Assembly: GCA_905201055.1 (NCBI GenBank)
Contig: CAJKMT010000002.1
Coordinates: 723-64,722, forward strand
Length of the DNA stretch: 64,000 nt
Source of the DNA: an uncultured Sutterella sp.
GTDB lineage: Bacteria > Pseudomonadota > Gammaproteobacteria > Burkholderiales > Burkholderiaceae_F
Direction of reading: 5' to 3'
Below, piece by piece: positions 11,188-20,734 of the stretch. Within the stretch, counting starts at the first letter, position 1. The number at the start of each line of letters is the position of its first letter. Under the pieces are notes generated by a model that had not been told where the DNA came from, searched no databases, and was given only the letters and a program-made list of their open reading frames with translations. A program made the position numbers and the translations under genes.

Positions 11188-12471
11188 ATGGTTTGGTTAC
11201 ACTTTGTATTTCTCTTTGCCATCATCATCTATGCCGCAAAATTAGGCGGTATTGGTGTCGGTATGGCCGTCGCTGTGTTCCTGTTCGGTATTCCTCCAGG
11301 ACCAATGCCTCTTGACGTGATTTTGATCATTATGAGCGTGCTTTTTGCCTGCTCTGTCATGCACGTGGCGGGCGGCATGGATTACATGATTCGCGTTGCT
11401 TCTTATATTCTTCGCAGCAACCCGAAATACATCAATATCCTTGCCCCGTCGATTGGTTTCATCTTAACCATTCTGTCCGGTACCGGTTTTACAACCATGG
11501 CCATCCTGAACGTTGTTCAGGAAGTCGCCAAGCAAAACGGCGTTCGTCCGTCTCAACCGTTAACGAGTACCGTGGTTGCCTCTCAGATTGCCATCTCAGC
11601 CTCTCCGATCTCAGCGGCCACTGCGGCTATGTACGTTGTTGTCGAAAAGATGGGCGTCTCTTTCGGTGATGCCTTGATGGTGATTCTGCCTGCCGGTCTC
11701 TTTGGTGCTGCTGTGGCTGCTCTTATTTCTTCTTTCCAAGGCGTGGATCTCGCAAAAGACCCGATCTTCCAACAACGCATGAAGGAAGGTTTGGTTTCCA
11801 TGACCAGCAAGGAAGAAATGGAAAAACCGTTGCCGAAGGGTGCCAAGCTTTCCGTCGGCCTGTTCCTGTTGGGCGTGGTGTTCATTGTTTTGATGCTGCT
11901 CTTCAAAAAAGAACTCGGTCATACATTAGGTTCTCGTGACATTATCGTCATCACGATGCTTTTCATCTCGATGCTGATGTACTGGTTCTGTGATGTCAAG
12001 CTCACGAAGATTAAAGAATCCACCATCTTCCACGGCGGGTATGAATCCTTGGTTGTGATCTTAGGTATTTGCTGGTTCGCATCAACGGTTATCGATATCT
12101 ATGTCCCGACGATTAAGGAACAAGCGACTGTATTGCTTACCCAATACCCGGGTCTGTTGGCTTTGGCTTTCTTCTGTGTGTCTGCTCTGCTGTTCTCGCA
12201 AGGTGCAACTTCTGCGTTGCTCGTTCCTGTGGCAGCAAGCCTTGGCTGCGACGCACCGATGATTTTGGCCTGCTTCGTAGCTGTGTCCGGTATTTTCGTT
12301 ACCAACGTTTACCCGACATCCGCTTTTGCCATCTCGTGTGATGACACCGGTTCTTACATGGGCAAGTGGAGTGGTTCCATGGTTATCAACCACCCGTTCT
12401 TCCTGCCCGGCTGTGTTGGACTGGTTGCCGCCATCCCCGTTGGCTTCCTGCTGGCGAGCATGGTTTTCTAA
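11188..12471 (+). CDS. Anaerobic C4-dicarboxylate transporter, DcuA/DcuB family
   Basis: LGGIGVG, AGGMDYM, NPKYINILAP, GTG, ASQIAISASPISAA, SQGAT, DDTGS, INHPFFLPG. Confidence 0.9.
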   Translation: MVWLHFVFLFAIIIYAAKLGGIGVGMAVAVFLFGIPPGPMPLDVILIIMSVLFACSVMHVAGGMDYMIRVASYILRSNPKYINILAPSIGFILTILSGTGFTTMAILNVVQEVAKQNGVRPSQPLTSTVVASQIAISASPISAATAAMYVVVEKMGVSFGDALMVILPAGLFGAAVAALISSFQGVDLAKDPIFQQRMKEGLVSMTSKEEMEKPLPKGAKLSVGLFLLGVVFIVLMLLFKKELGHTLGSRDIIVITMLFISMLMYWFCDVKLTKIKESTIFHGGYESLVVILGICWFASTVIDIYVPTIKEQATVLLTQYPGLLALAFFCVSALLFSQGATSALLVPVAASLGCDAPMILACFVAVSGIFVTNVYPTSAFAISCDDTGSYMGKWSGSMVINHPFFLPGCVGLVAAIPVGFLLASMVF

Positions 12472-12490
12472 ATCTAACTTAAATTAACTC

Positions 12491-12568
12491 TTCCCAGAGC
12501 GCCTAAATTTTCACTGGCGCTTTGGGAATTACCCCCGATTAGCGCGATTCATTTCGCGCTTTTTTCTT
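12491..12568 (+). terminator. Tandem hairpins / terminator after the dcuA/B-like gene
   Basis: TTCCCAGAGCGCC...GGCGCTTTGGGAA then AGCGCGA-ttcatt-TCGCGCT-TTTTT. Confidence 0.7.
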
Positions 12569-12838
12569 CTTTCCCACGTCCGAGCATGCCAAATCTAAAC
12601 CGCCATAACCTATTGAGGAGACATTCTCTGTTTCTCAAGTTTTTCAAATATCCCAAATACTTTGAACCGTTACGCCGGGAGCAATATTGTAGGAGGCTTT
12701 AGGTATAGCAAATTGACCATGGATAGCAAATAAAATTAACTATGCATAATCAATATTATTAAAAGTTATATCCGAGAAAGATACAGACAACGAAATACGA
12801 TACACTGCTGTTTATCTGATGTTTTTTGTTTCTCTAAT

Positions 12839-13705
12839 ATGAAATCCCTTTGGATGCTTTCGGCCTCATTCTTCTTCTCGCTCATGGCAGTTTTTGTCAA
12901 ATGGGCCGGAGAAGATTTCGGTACTTTTGAATTGATTTTTTACCGCTCCATTGCCGGTGTCATCCTTTTATACAGTTTTATCCGAGCCAAAGGCTACACC
13001 ATTGTCACCCCTTACCTGTTCGGGCACTTTAAACGCAGCTTCATCGGCACCTTTTCCATGATGTTGTGGTTCTTTTCGCTCACGATGCTTCCGGTGGGAA
13101 CATCCATGACATTGAACTACACCTCGCCTCTTTTTATGTCTTCATTCATGGTGATCTATCTCCTTGTAAGAAAACAACCTATGCCGTGGGGACTCCTGAG
13201 CTGCATTCTTTTAGGCTTTGTCGGTGTGTGCCTCGTGCTCAGACCCTCCTTCTCATCGGGCGAAATGTTGGGCGCACTTTTGGCTTTAGGCTCAGGTTTT
13301 CTGGGCAGCGTTGCCTATTGGCAAATTCGTGAACTCGGACAGCTCAAAGAACCCTCCTGGCGAATTGTGTTTTATTTCACGGTCTTTGGCTCTGCTTTCG
13401 GACTTTGCGGCGCTTTCGCACTCGAAGGAGGACTCTCTCCCATTACCGCCGACAACATCGGTTATCTTCTCGGTATGGCTGTCTGTGCAACACTTGCTCA
13501 GTGTTCGCTCACGATGGCATTCGGTCAGGGCAATGTGCTTCTAAGCTCTTGTCTGCAATTTTCAGCCATTATCATGGCCGAACTCATGGGCTGGTTCTTC
13601 TTCAGCGACAAACTGTCGCTATTAACAGAAATCGGTATTCTCGTCATTATGGTTGCGGGCGTTTGCGCCACCTGGCTCACCAAACGTCAACAGCAAAAAC
13701 ATTAA
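12839..13705 (+). CDS. EamA/DMT family permease
   Basis: About 10 hydrophobic segments; LNYTSPLF and GFVGVCLVLRP motifs typical of EamA repeats. Confidence 0.85.
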   Translation: MKSLWMLSASFFFSLMAVFVKWAGEDFGTFELIFYRSIAGVILLYSFIRAKGYTIVTPYLFGHFKRSFIGTFSMMLWFFSLTMLPVGTSMTLNYTSPLFMSSFMVIYLLVRKQPMPWGLLSCILLGFVGVCLVLRPSFSSGEMLGALLALGSGFLGSVAYWQIRELGQLKEPSWRIVFYFTVFGSAFGLCGAFALEGGLSPITADNIGYLLGMAVCATLAQCSLTMAFGQGNVLLSSCLQFSAIIMAELMGWFFFSDKLSLLTEIGILVIMVAGVCATWLTKRQQQKH

Positions 13706-13917
13706 CAATATGCAAATTTTGCAAGTTGATTAAAATTTGATAACTATTTGATTTTTATAATTTTAATAAGGTAGTGATTTAAAGTTTATCTTCGCGCTGA
13801 AATATTTAGTTGCGAGCACATACATTTTGAATCGGTATTTGTATCCGAGGATCTGTAAAGTTAGAGGCGTGAGAGACAAGCAGAGCTGGTCCTCCGGAAC
13901 AAGAGAAGAGAGAGTTT

Positions 13918-13953
13918 GGCTAGGGCTTTGAATAAATCCCTAGCCTTTTTTTT
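13918..13953 (+). terminator. Strong intrinsic terminator, ~210 nt downstream of the previous CDS
   Basis: GGCTAGGG-ctttgaataaat-CCCTAGCC followed by T8. Confidence 0.85.
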
Positions 13954-14050
13954 CCTGAATTTGTATTAAACGCAACAATGTGCAAAAAAACTGGAGAGCC
14001 TGAATACTTTCAGCTACGATCTGCACTGATATTTTTAACGGATGGTTTGT

Positions 14051-14509
14051 ATGCAAAAATCATTTATCGCCCTCGTTGGAGCCTTCGTCATGGCATTAAC
14101 CGGTTGCACGGAAAAAAGTCCCGCTGATAATTTGGCAGGAGACGCTGTAAAAAACCTTCAAGGAACTTCGTGGCAATTGGTCACCGCGGACTCATCCGCC
14201 AATAAAGAAGACTGCGAAAATCTGCCTCCGGTCATGGATTTTCTTGACGACACCAAAGTCTCAGGCAATTTAGGTTGCAACCTTTTTAATACGACCTATA
14301 CGCTCGAAGGGAAAAAATTCTCTTTCGCACCCGCGGCTACTACACGAAGAATGTGCTCTCCTGATGCCATGAAATTGGAAGGGCGCCTTTTGAATGTTTT
14401 GCAAAACACGCGTTACCTGACACAAAACGCGGCGGGGCTCATGTTCTGGGATGAAAAGGGACAGCTGCTGGCGCAGTACGAACCGGAAAAAACATCCAGC
14501 TGTCAGTGA
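14051..14509 (+). CDS. META/HslJ-domain lipoprotein
   Basis: Lipobox LTGC; LQGTSWQL, SGNLGCN, ATTRRMC motifs. Confidence 0.85.
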   Translation: MQKSFIALVGAFVMALTGCTEKSPADNLAGDAVKNLQGTSWQLVTADSSANKEDCENLPPVMDFLDDTKVSGNLGCNLFNTTYTLEGKKFSFAPAATTRRMCSPDAMKLEGRLLNVLQNTRYLTQNAAGLMFWDEKGQLLAQYEPEKTSSCQ

Positions 14510-14547
14510 TTTTTTTAATGGCCTTCGAAATATCGAAGGCCATTTCT

Positions 14548-17316
14548 TTAGTGGGCGGACTCCCAACTGTCTCCGCTTCCAACCTCTGCTATCAGTGGAA
14601 CGGCGAGTTGAGCAACGTTTTGCATCAGTTTCGGCAACGCCTCTTTAACCATTTCCAACTCCTCGTGAGGCACTTCGAGAACAAGTTCGTCGTGAACCTG
14701 AAGCACCAACAACGTTTTGAGATGATTATGCTCAATCCAGGCTTGGACAGCGATCATGGCCTTTTTTATCAGATCAGCAGCCGTACCCTGCATAGGCGCA
14801 TTGATGGCGGCGCGTTCAGCGGCCGCACGCACGGGCGCTTTGGAGCTTGCGATATCCGGCAACCAAAGCCGACGACCGAAAGCCGTTTGAACAAACCCTT
14901 GCTCATGGGCCAAGGCCCTTGTTTTTTCCATATAAGCCTTCACACCGGGGTAACGGGCAAAATAGCGATCAATATAGTTTCTCGCCGCCTGAGGTTCAAT
15001 CCCCAAGTTTTGAGCCAATCCAAAAGCGCTCATTCCGTAAATCAATCCGAAATTAATGACTTTTGCCGTTCTCCTCTGATCAGGAGAAACCTTATCCAAA
15101 CCGACACCAAAAACTTCCGCAGCGGTTGCACGGTGAATATCTAACCCTTTATGAAACGCATCCAGTAAACCGGGATCCGCTGACAGATGCGCCATAATCC
15201 GCAACTCAATTTGAGAGTAGTCGGCTGAAACAATTTCACTGCCTGAGGGAGCTACGAATGCTTCGCGAACACGCCGACCCTCACCGGTGCGCACCGGAAT
15301 GTTTTGCAAATTAGGGTCGCTTGAGGCCAAGCGGCCGGTCACAGCGGTTGTTTGGCCAAAAGTCGTATGCACCCGGCCGGTTTTCGGATAGATCATCAAC
15401 GGCAGTTTATCCGTGTAAGTGCTCTTTAGTTTGCTTAAACGGCGAAATTCCAAAATGGCCTTCGGCAACGGATAATCCAGAGCGAGCTGCTGCAGCACAT
15501 CCTCATTGGTGCTATAGCCCCCGCTTGCTGTTTTCTTTGTTTTAGGCGGCACCGGTATCTGCAGCACTTCGAAAAGAACATGAGAGAGTTGTTTGGGGCT
15601 GGCGACATTAAATTTTTGTCCGGCCATCTCCCAACACTTGCGCTCCAATCTCACAATTTCATCACCAAGCGAATCACTTTGCGCGCCCAATCGCATCGAG
15701 TCAATCAAAACCCCGTTTCGTTCCATAATGAATAAAACGTTCTGTGTGGGCAGTTCCACCGTCTCGTAGATGGATTTCAGTCCCTCATCGCTATTGACCC
15801 TGCTTCGCAAAACTTTATAAACGTCCGCAATCGCTCGTGAGCGGGCGGTGCAGTAGCGGGCTGCGCTCTCAGAGTCAACTTGCGAACACTTGATAGTCTT
15901 CGCCCCTTTGCCGATCAAATCCTCAATTACGGGAACATCGATTTTTAACCAACGCAATGCCAAATTCGCCAGTTCATGCTTCATGTGAGCTTCAATGACG
16001 TAGCTTAAAAGCGTCACGTCTTCCGTGGCGATCGACAAAGAGATGCCCATGTTGGCAAGGGCGTGGCGAGCATATTTGCACTGATCACTGACTTTGGGGC
16101 TGCAAGAGCCAAACCAAGGCGCAAGAATGCGAGTTACATCTGAAACATTGATTCCAACGCCGGAAGCCTCTTGGGCCACCGGCACATACACATTTTTATT
16201 GCCAACGCTAAACCCGATACCGCTGACCACGGCGTGCATGCCGTCAGAGGGATCCGTGAGCAAACTAAATGCAACGGTTTCTTTTGTCGAAGCCAGCTCA
16301 TCAGCAAAATCCTGAAGACAATCCGGCTTATCAATAATTGTCAGTTTGACTTCTCCGGCAGTCACAACAGAAGCCTCTTCGGGCTCTGAGGGAATACTGG
16401 CAAAAAGATCCGCCGTTAAATTTTCTTGTTTAGGCGCTTGAGGTTTGGAAAGAGCTTGCCTTTGAACTGACTTTTTACTTTGCTGCATTTCCCAACGGGC
16501 ATAAAAGTCCGTTAAAAACGCACTGTCCTCATCTTTAAATGTTAGAGAACATACGTCGGCGTTTGACACATACTCTGACAAATCTGCATCGGTTTTGATC
16601 GTGACCAAAGCTCTCGCCGTCGGTAAAAAGGCAATGCCTTCGCGTAGGTATTCGCCGGCCTTTCCCTTCACTTCGCCGGCTCTGCGCACGATTTCATCCA
16701 GACTGCCAAAATCATTAACCCATTTGGCCGCTGTTTTCGGCCCGCACTTGGTGATGCCGGGGACATTGTCCACTGCATCGCCCATCAAGGACAAATAATC
16801 AATGATTTTGTCAGGCGTCACACCGAACTTATTTTTCACCCCTTCAACATCCAAAATCTGCCGAGTCATGGTATTGAGGATGAAAACATTGTCCGTCACG
16901 AGCTGGCTCATATCTTTATCGCCCGTGGCAATGAAGACCTTGAAGCCCTTTTTCTCTGCCTGTTTAGCTAACGTGCCGATCACATCATCGGCTTCAATGC
17001 CCGGTACTTGCAAAAAGGGCCAGCCTTGCGCTTTGACCATGGAGAAAATCGGCTCGACCTGGCAAGCCAAATCATCAGGCATCGGAGGACGATTCGCTTT
17101 GTATTCGCTGTAGATTTCATCTCGGAATGTGCCGCCATGAGCATCAAAGACGCAAGCCGCATAGTCCGGTTTAATCATCGAGCGGATCATCTTGAGCATA
17201 TTAGCAAAGCCTTTAATTGCCCCGGTGGGTTCTCCGGCGCTTGTTCTCAAATCCGGCAAACCATGGAAAGCGCGGTATAAGAAATTTGATCCATCAACTA
17301 ATAAAACTGTTTTCAT
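14548..17316 (-). CDS. polA: DNA polymerase I
   Basis: 5'-3' exonuclease (LVDGSNFLYRAFH, EADDVIGTL, LMGDAVDNVPG); polymerase motifs SADYSQIELR, AKVINFGLIYGM, LQVHDEL. Confidence 0.98.
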   Translation of the reverse strand: MKTVLLVDGSNFLYRAFHGLPDLRTSAGEPTGAIKGFANMLKMIRSMIKPDYAACVFDAHGGTFRDEIYSEYKANRPPMPDDLACQVEPIFSMVKAQGWPFLQVPGIEADDVIGTLAKQAEKKGFKVFIATGDKDMSQLVTDNVFILNTMTRQILDVEGVKNKFGVTPDKIIDYLSLMGDAVDNVPGITKCGPKTAAKWVNDFGSLDEIVRRAGEVKGKAGEYLREGIAFLPTARALVTIKTDADLSEYVSNADVCSLTFKDEDSAFLTDFYARWEMQQSKKSVQRQALSKPQAPKQENLTADLFASIPSEPEEASVVTAGEVKLTIIDKPDCLQDFADELASTKETVAFSLLTDPSDGMHAVVSGIGFSVGNKNVYVPVAQEASGVGINVSDVTRILAPWFGSCSPKVSDQCKYARHALANMGISLSIATEDVTLLSYVIEAHMKHELANLALRWLKIDVPVIEDLIGKGAKTIKCSQVDSESAARYCTARSRAIADVYKVLRSRVNSDEGLKSIYETVELPTQNVLFIMERNGVLIDSMRLGAQSDSLGDEIVRLERKCWEMAGQKFNVASPKQLSHVLFEVLQIPVPPKTKKTASGGYSTNEDVLQQLALDYPLPKAILEFRRLSKLKSTYTDKLPLMIYPKTGRVHTTFGQTTAVTGRLASSDPNLQNIPVRTGEGRRVREAFVAPSGSEIVSADYSQIELRIMAHLSADPGLLDAFHKGLDIHRATAAEVFGVGLDKVSPDQRRTAKVINFGLIYGMSAFGLAQNLGIEPQAARNYIDRYFARYPGVKAYMEKTRALAHEQGFVQTAFGRRLWLPDIASSKAPVRAAAERAAINAPMQGTAADLIKKAMIAVQAWIEHNHLKTLLVLQVHDELVLEVPHEELEMVKEALPKLMQNVAQLAVPLIAEVGSGDSWESAH

Positions 17317-17384
17317 GGTCCGAGAGCTCTGAAAATCAAACTTGACAGGTGTCTATTGTAGAGAATACGAGAACAAAATCTGAA

Positions 17385-18563
17385 TCACTCTTTTTCCATA
17401 GAACTCATCTTCCTGCGAAATGCGACAAAAAGCACCAAGCCAAACAAGGCAACAACGCCCAAGGCAAAAAACGCGCCCGAGTAACTTATGTGATGTGCAA
17501 AATAGCCGCCATAAGAATTACTCAGCGCCGCTCCCAATCCCTGAATGGTTAACACAAAACCCAGCCCCATATTGGTGTGTCCGCTTCCTTTTAAAAGCCA
17601 CGCAACAATTCCGGGCGTTGCCACACCCAAAAGTCCGGCTCCCACACCATCGAGGATTTGCACGGGAACAATGCTCCAGGGACTGTCCCACACTCCTGCA
17701 ATGCAGCCTCTGATTGGCAAAGCCACCAAAGCCAAAATAAAAAGGAGGGCGTACCCTCTTTTTTGGGCTAATCGCGCCGCCCAAATCGCCATGAGGATCA
17801 TGGTCGCCTGCGCAAGCACAACCGTCGCGGCTGTGTACGCCGCAGGATTGACGTCGAAACGGGCCACCGCAGACTGCCCCAGCAGAGGCAGCATCGCAGC
17901 ATTACCCAAATGGAAAAGAAAAAGCGTAGCGGAAACCAGAAGCAAAGACGGATTCCTGAGCACCTCAGAAAAACGGACTGCCGTCTCATGCGTTTTCCCG
18001 CGTGCGCGCTCATAATCAATATCCCGAGGATTAATGCCGCCAAGCGCCCACAGGCTCAGCACTCCCATCACAGTCATCACAAAGAAAACGCCGACAATCC
18101 CATAGAAATACCCGACAAGTCCGCCAATGAGTGCACTCATCATATTACCGGCGTGGTTGAAGGCTTCGTTAACACCTAAACGCATCGGCAATTTTTCTTC
18201 GCTCACGAGCCCCAAGGTGATATTGGTGATCAACGGTGCAATCGCCGCTCCCGCTATCCCTTGAATGAGCATAGTTAACGCAGCACTTAAAAAATCACTA
18301 CGGACAAAAAGCCAACCGCAACCGGCAACGATTAACACAATACAAAGAAAAAGGTAGGCTCGTTTGTGTCTCGTTTGATCAGCAAGCGCGCCGGCAAATG
18401 TGCTCACAAACAACCCGGCAAGGCTGCCAGCGGTCATCACATAACCGATTGAATCCGCGCTCCAACCGCAGGATTGGAGATAGACACCGAAAAAAGGGCC
18501 TAATCCGTCTCTAACATCGGCAAGGAAAAAACACAAAAGAGATAAGCTGAACAATGATCGCAT
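17385..18563 (-). CDS. MFS transporter
   Basis: About 12 TM; FFLADVRDGLGPFFGVYL, FNHAGN, LFHLGNAAMLPL, VQILDGVGAG; likely start ATG 18563. Confidence 0.85.
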   Translation of the reverse strand: MRSLFSLSLLCFFLADVRDGLGPFFGVYLQSCGWSADSIGYVMTAGSLAGLFVSTFAGALADQTRHKRAYLFLCIVLIVAGCGWLFVRSDFLSAALTMLIQGIAGAAIAPLITNITLGLVSEEKLPMRLGVNEAFNHAGNMMSALIGGLVGYFYGIVGVFFVMTVMGVLSLWALGGINPRDIDYERARGKTHETAVRFSEVLRNPSLLLVSATLFLFHLGNAAMLPLLGQSAVARFDVNPAAYTAATVVLAQATMILMAIWAARLAQKRGYALLFILALVALPIRGCIAGVWDSPWSIVPVQILDGVGAGLLGVATPGIVAWLLKGSGHTNMGLGFVLTIQGLGAALSNSYGGYFAHHISYSGAFFALGVVALFGLVLFVAFRRKMSSMEKE

Positions 18564-18802
18564 TTCTGGCAAATGACTATAACAGCGAATTAACATTCAA
18601 CAAAAAAACAAAATCGAGCAAGCTCTCGATGAACATTCGCCTCTTTGGGTATAAAGCTTCTTAACAATTTTGTAAAGAAGCCATCATTTCATCGGCATTA
18701 CCTAATTCGCAAAATTGTTCCAGTTTTGTGACTCAAAAGACAAATAACAAAAAGAGTATTTTTCGTGACAATTTTTTTAAAGATTGTTTTTTTATGCCAA
18801 AA

Positions 18803-18846
18803 CCGTCATGAAATTGACAGTGTTTTGTCACGGATTGCTCATATCT
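18803..18846 (+). promoter_or_regulatory. Candidate tandem Pho boxes (PhoB-type 11-bp direct repeats)
   Basis: CCGTCATGAAA|TTGACAGTGTT|TTGTCACGGAT|TGCTCATATCT at exact 11-nt periodicity, about 65 nt before the phosphatase ATG. Confidence 0.65.
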
Positions 18847-18909
18847 GATTTTTAAACTGACGGCAATTCTTCAACAGACGTTTGATGTTTTTTCAAAGGA
18901 AGATTGACT

Positions 18910-20652
18910 ATGAAATCTACGAAGATCGCCGCCGGTGTGGCCTGCGCTTTAGCCGGTGTGTGCGCGATGAGCGCCCAAGCCATTGAAATTTATCCTGTTG
19001 ATCACGCCCGTTTTATGACAAACGCGCGTTTTGATTTTAAGGTTGAACTCGATAACGTGACCGCTCGCGATAAAGTCACAGTGGAGATCAACGGCAAGAA
19101 CTTCAACCAAACGCTCTCCGGCAAAGAAATTTGGATGGAAAAGGAAGAGGGGGTTGAGGCTTCTGCTTTAATCATGCGCGGTGTAGAAATTAAAAATCCC
19201 GGTCAGTACACCGTGACGGTTAAGGCACCCAACGGCACGAAGACCGTTAATTGGGATGTGTACACGACGGGCGACAAACCCAAAGCAAAAAATGTGATTT
19301 TACTTTTGGCTGACGGGTTGTCTGTGGGTCACCGCACTGCTGCCCGCATTCTCTCCAAGGGTGTCACGAATGGCATGTATAACGCGCCGCTTGCGATGGA
19401 CAATATGCCGTATATGGCCCTTTTGGGTACAAGCTCCGTGGACACGATCGCTGCTGACAGCGCCAACACGGCTTCGGCCTACATGACCGGTCACAAGTCT
19501 AGCGTGAACGCCTTGGGTGTTTATGCCGACCGCACGAAGGCCAGCCAAGACGATCCTAAGCAGGAAACGATCGCGGAATTGATCCGCCGCAAGACAAAGA
19601 TGGCCGTGGGTGTTGTGAGCGACGCTGAAATTGAAGACGCGACGCCCGCATCCGTTGTGTCTCATACGAGAAAGCGCTCGGACAAGGCCGATATTGTCGG
19701 TATGTTCTATAACGTGAAGCCTGAAGTAATCCTGGGCGGCGGTTCTGCCTACTTCCTGCCGCAATCGACCGCGGGTTCCAAACGCAAAGACAATATCAAC
19801 TACATCGAAAAATTCACGCAAGCAGGCTATACGCTCGTGACCGACCGCACCTCGATGGTTGAAAAGGCCGCAGGCAGCAATCGTCTCCTTGGCCTTTTCC
19901 ATACCGGTAACCTCGACGGCTGGGTCGATCGCCATCAATGGAAGGGCAACACAGTGAAGAAGTTCCCCGATCAGCCCGATTTGACGGATTCTTTTGCAGC
20001 TGCAATCAAGGTGCTTGAAAAGAATGAAGAGGGCTTTTTCCTGATGCTTGAAGCGGGTCTTGTGGATAAATACTCACACCCACTCGACTGGGCGCGCTCC
20101 GTAGGCGACACAATCGCCTTTGATAAGGTTGTGGAAGCGGCTCAAAAGTACTGCGACGAACATCCCGATACGCTTTTGATCGTCACGGGCGACCACACGC
20201 ACTCCATCTCGGTGGCGGGTACCGTTGATGACAATAAGCCCGGTAACGATTGGCGAGAAAAAGTAGGGGTCTACGCAAACGCCGGTTATCCTAACTATGA
20301 AGACAAGAACAAGGACGGCTTCCCAGATGACTTTGCACCGAGTAAACGCTTGGCCGTTTTCTTTGGCGCGCACCCCGACTACTACGAAACATATCGCTCT
20401 TTCCCGGATGCCACGTTTAATCCCGCTGTGCAAAACGAAAAGGGGCAGTATGTGGCCAATGCCAAGTACAAGGACGTGCCGAGCGCTCACTTTGTCGAGG
20501 GTAACCTCCCGCGCTCTGAAAGCCAAGGCGTACACACGGTTGACGATTTGGTTGTGACCGCTCGCGGTCCCAACGCCGATCAAATCCGCGGTTTCATGAA
20601 CTCCACGGAAATCTTCCGTGTGATGGCTGAGGCGCTTGCTTTAGGCCGCTAA
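18910..20652 (+). CDS. Secreted alkaline phosphatase (PhoA family) with an extra N-terminal domain
   Basis: Sec signal ending AQA; NVILLLADG, ADSANTASAYMTG (catalytic Ser), DATPA, LEAGLVDKYSH, TGDHTH, GVHT metal ligands. Confidence 0.9.
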   Translation: MKSTKIAAGVACALAGVCAMSAQAIEIYPVDHARFMTNARFDFKVELDNVTARDKVTVEINGKNFNQTLSGKEIWMEKEEGVEASALIMRGVEIKNPGQYTVTVKAPNGTKTVNWDVYTTGDKPKAKNVILLLADGLSVGHRTAARILSKGVTNGMYNAPLAMDNMPYMALLGTSSVDTIAADSANTASAYMTGHKSSVNALGVYADRTKASQDDPKQETIAELIRRKTKMAVGVVSDAEIEDATPASVVSHTRKRSDKADIVGMFYNVKPEVILGGGSAYFLPQSTAGSKRKDNINYIEKFTQAGYTLVTDRTSMVEKAAGSNRLLGLFHTGNLDGWVDRHQWKGNTVKKFPDQPDLTDSFAAAIKVLEKNEEGFFLMLEAGLVDKYSHPLDWARSVGDTIAFDKVVEAAQKYCDEHPDTLLIVTGDHTHSISVAGTVDDNKPGNDWREKVGVYANAGYPNYEDKNKDGFPDDFAPSKRLAVFFGAHPDYYETYRSFPDATFNPAVQNEKGQYVANAKYKDVPSAHFVEGNLPRSESQGVHTVDDLVVTARGPNADQIRGFMNSTEIFRVMAEALALGR

Positions 20653-20670
20653 TCAATAAACGACTCGTTG

Positions 20671-20717
20671 GGTAAAAGGCGCGCGGTGTTTTACTGATAA
20701 ACGCCCGCGCTTTTGCC
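20671..20717 (+). other. Intercistronic hairpin after the phosphatase gene
   Basis: GGTAAAAGGCGCGCGGTGTTT...AAACGCCCGCGCTTTTGCC imperfect inverted repeat. Confidence 0.5.
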
Positions 20718-20734
20718 TGTTAAGGGAGAGTGGG

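Noticed and set aside
13860..13953. Lysine riboswitch (AGAGGCG...CAAG resemblance)
   Set aside because: Only about 60 nt precede the terminator, far too short for the aptamer, and the downstream gene is unrelated.
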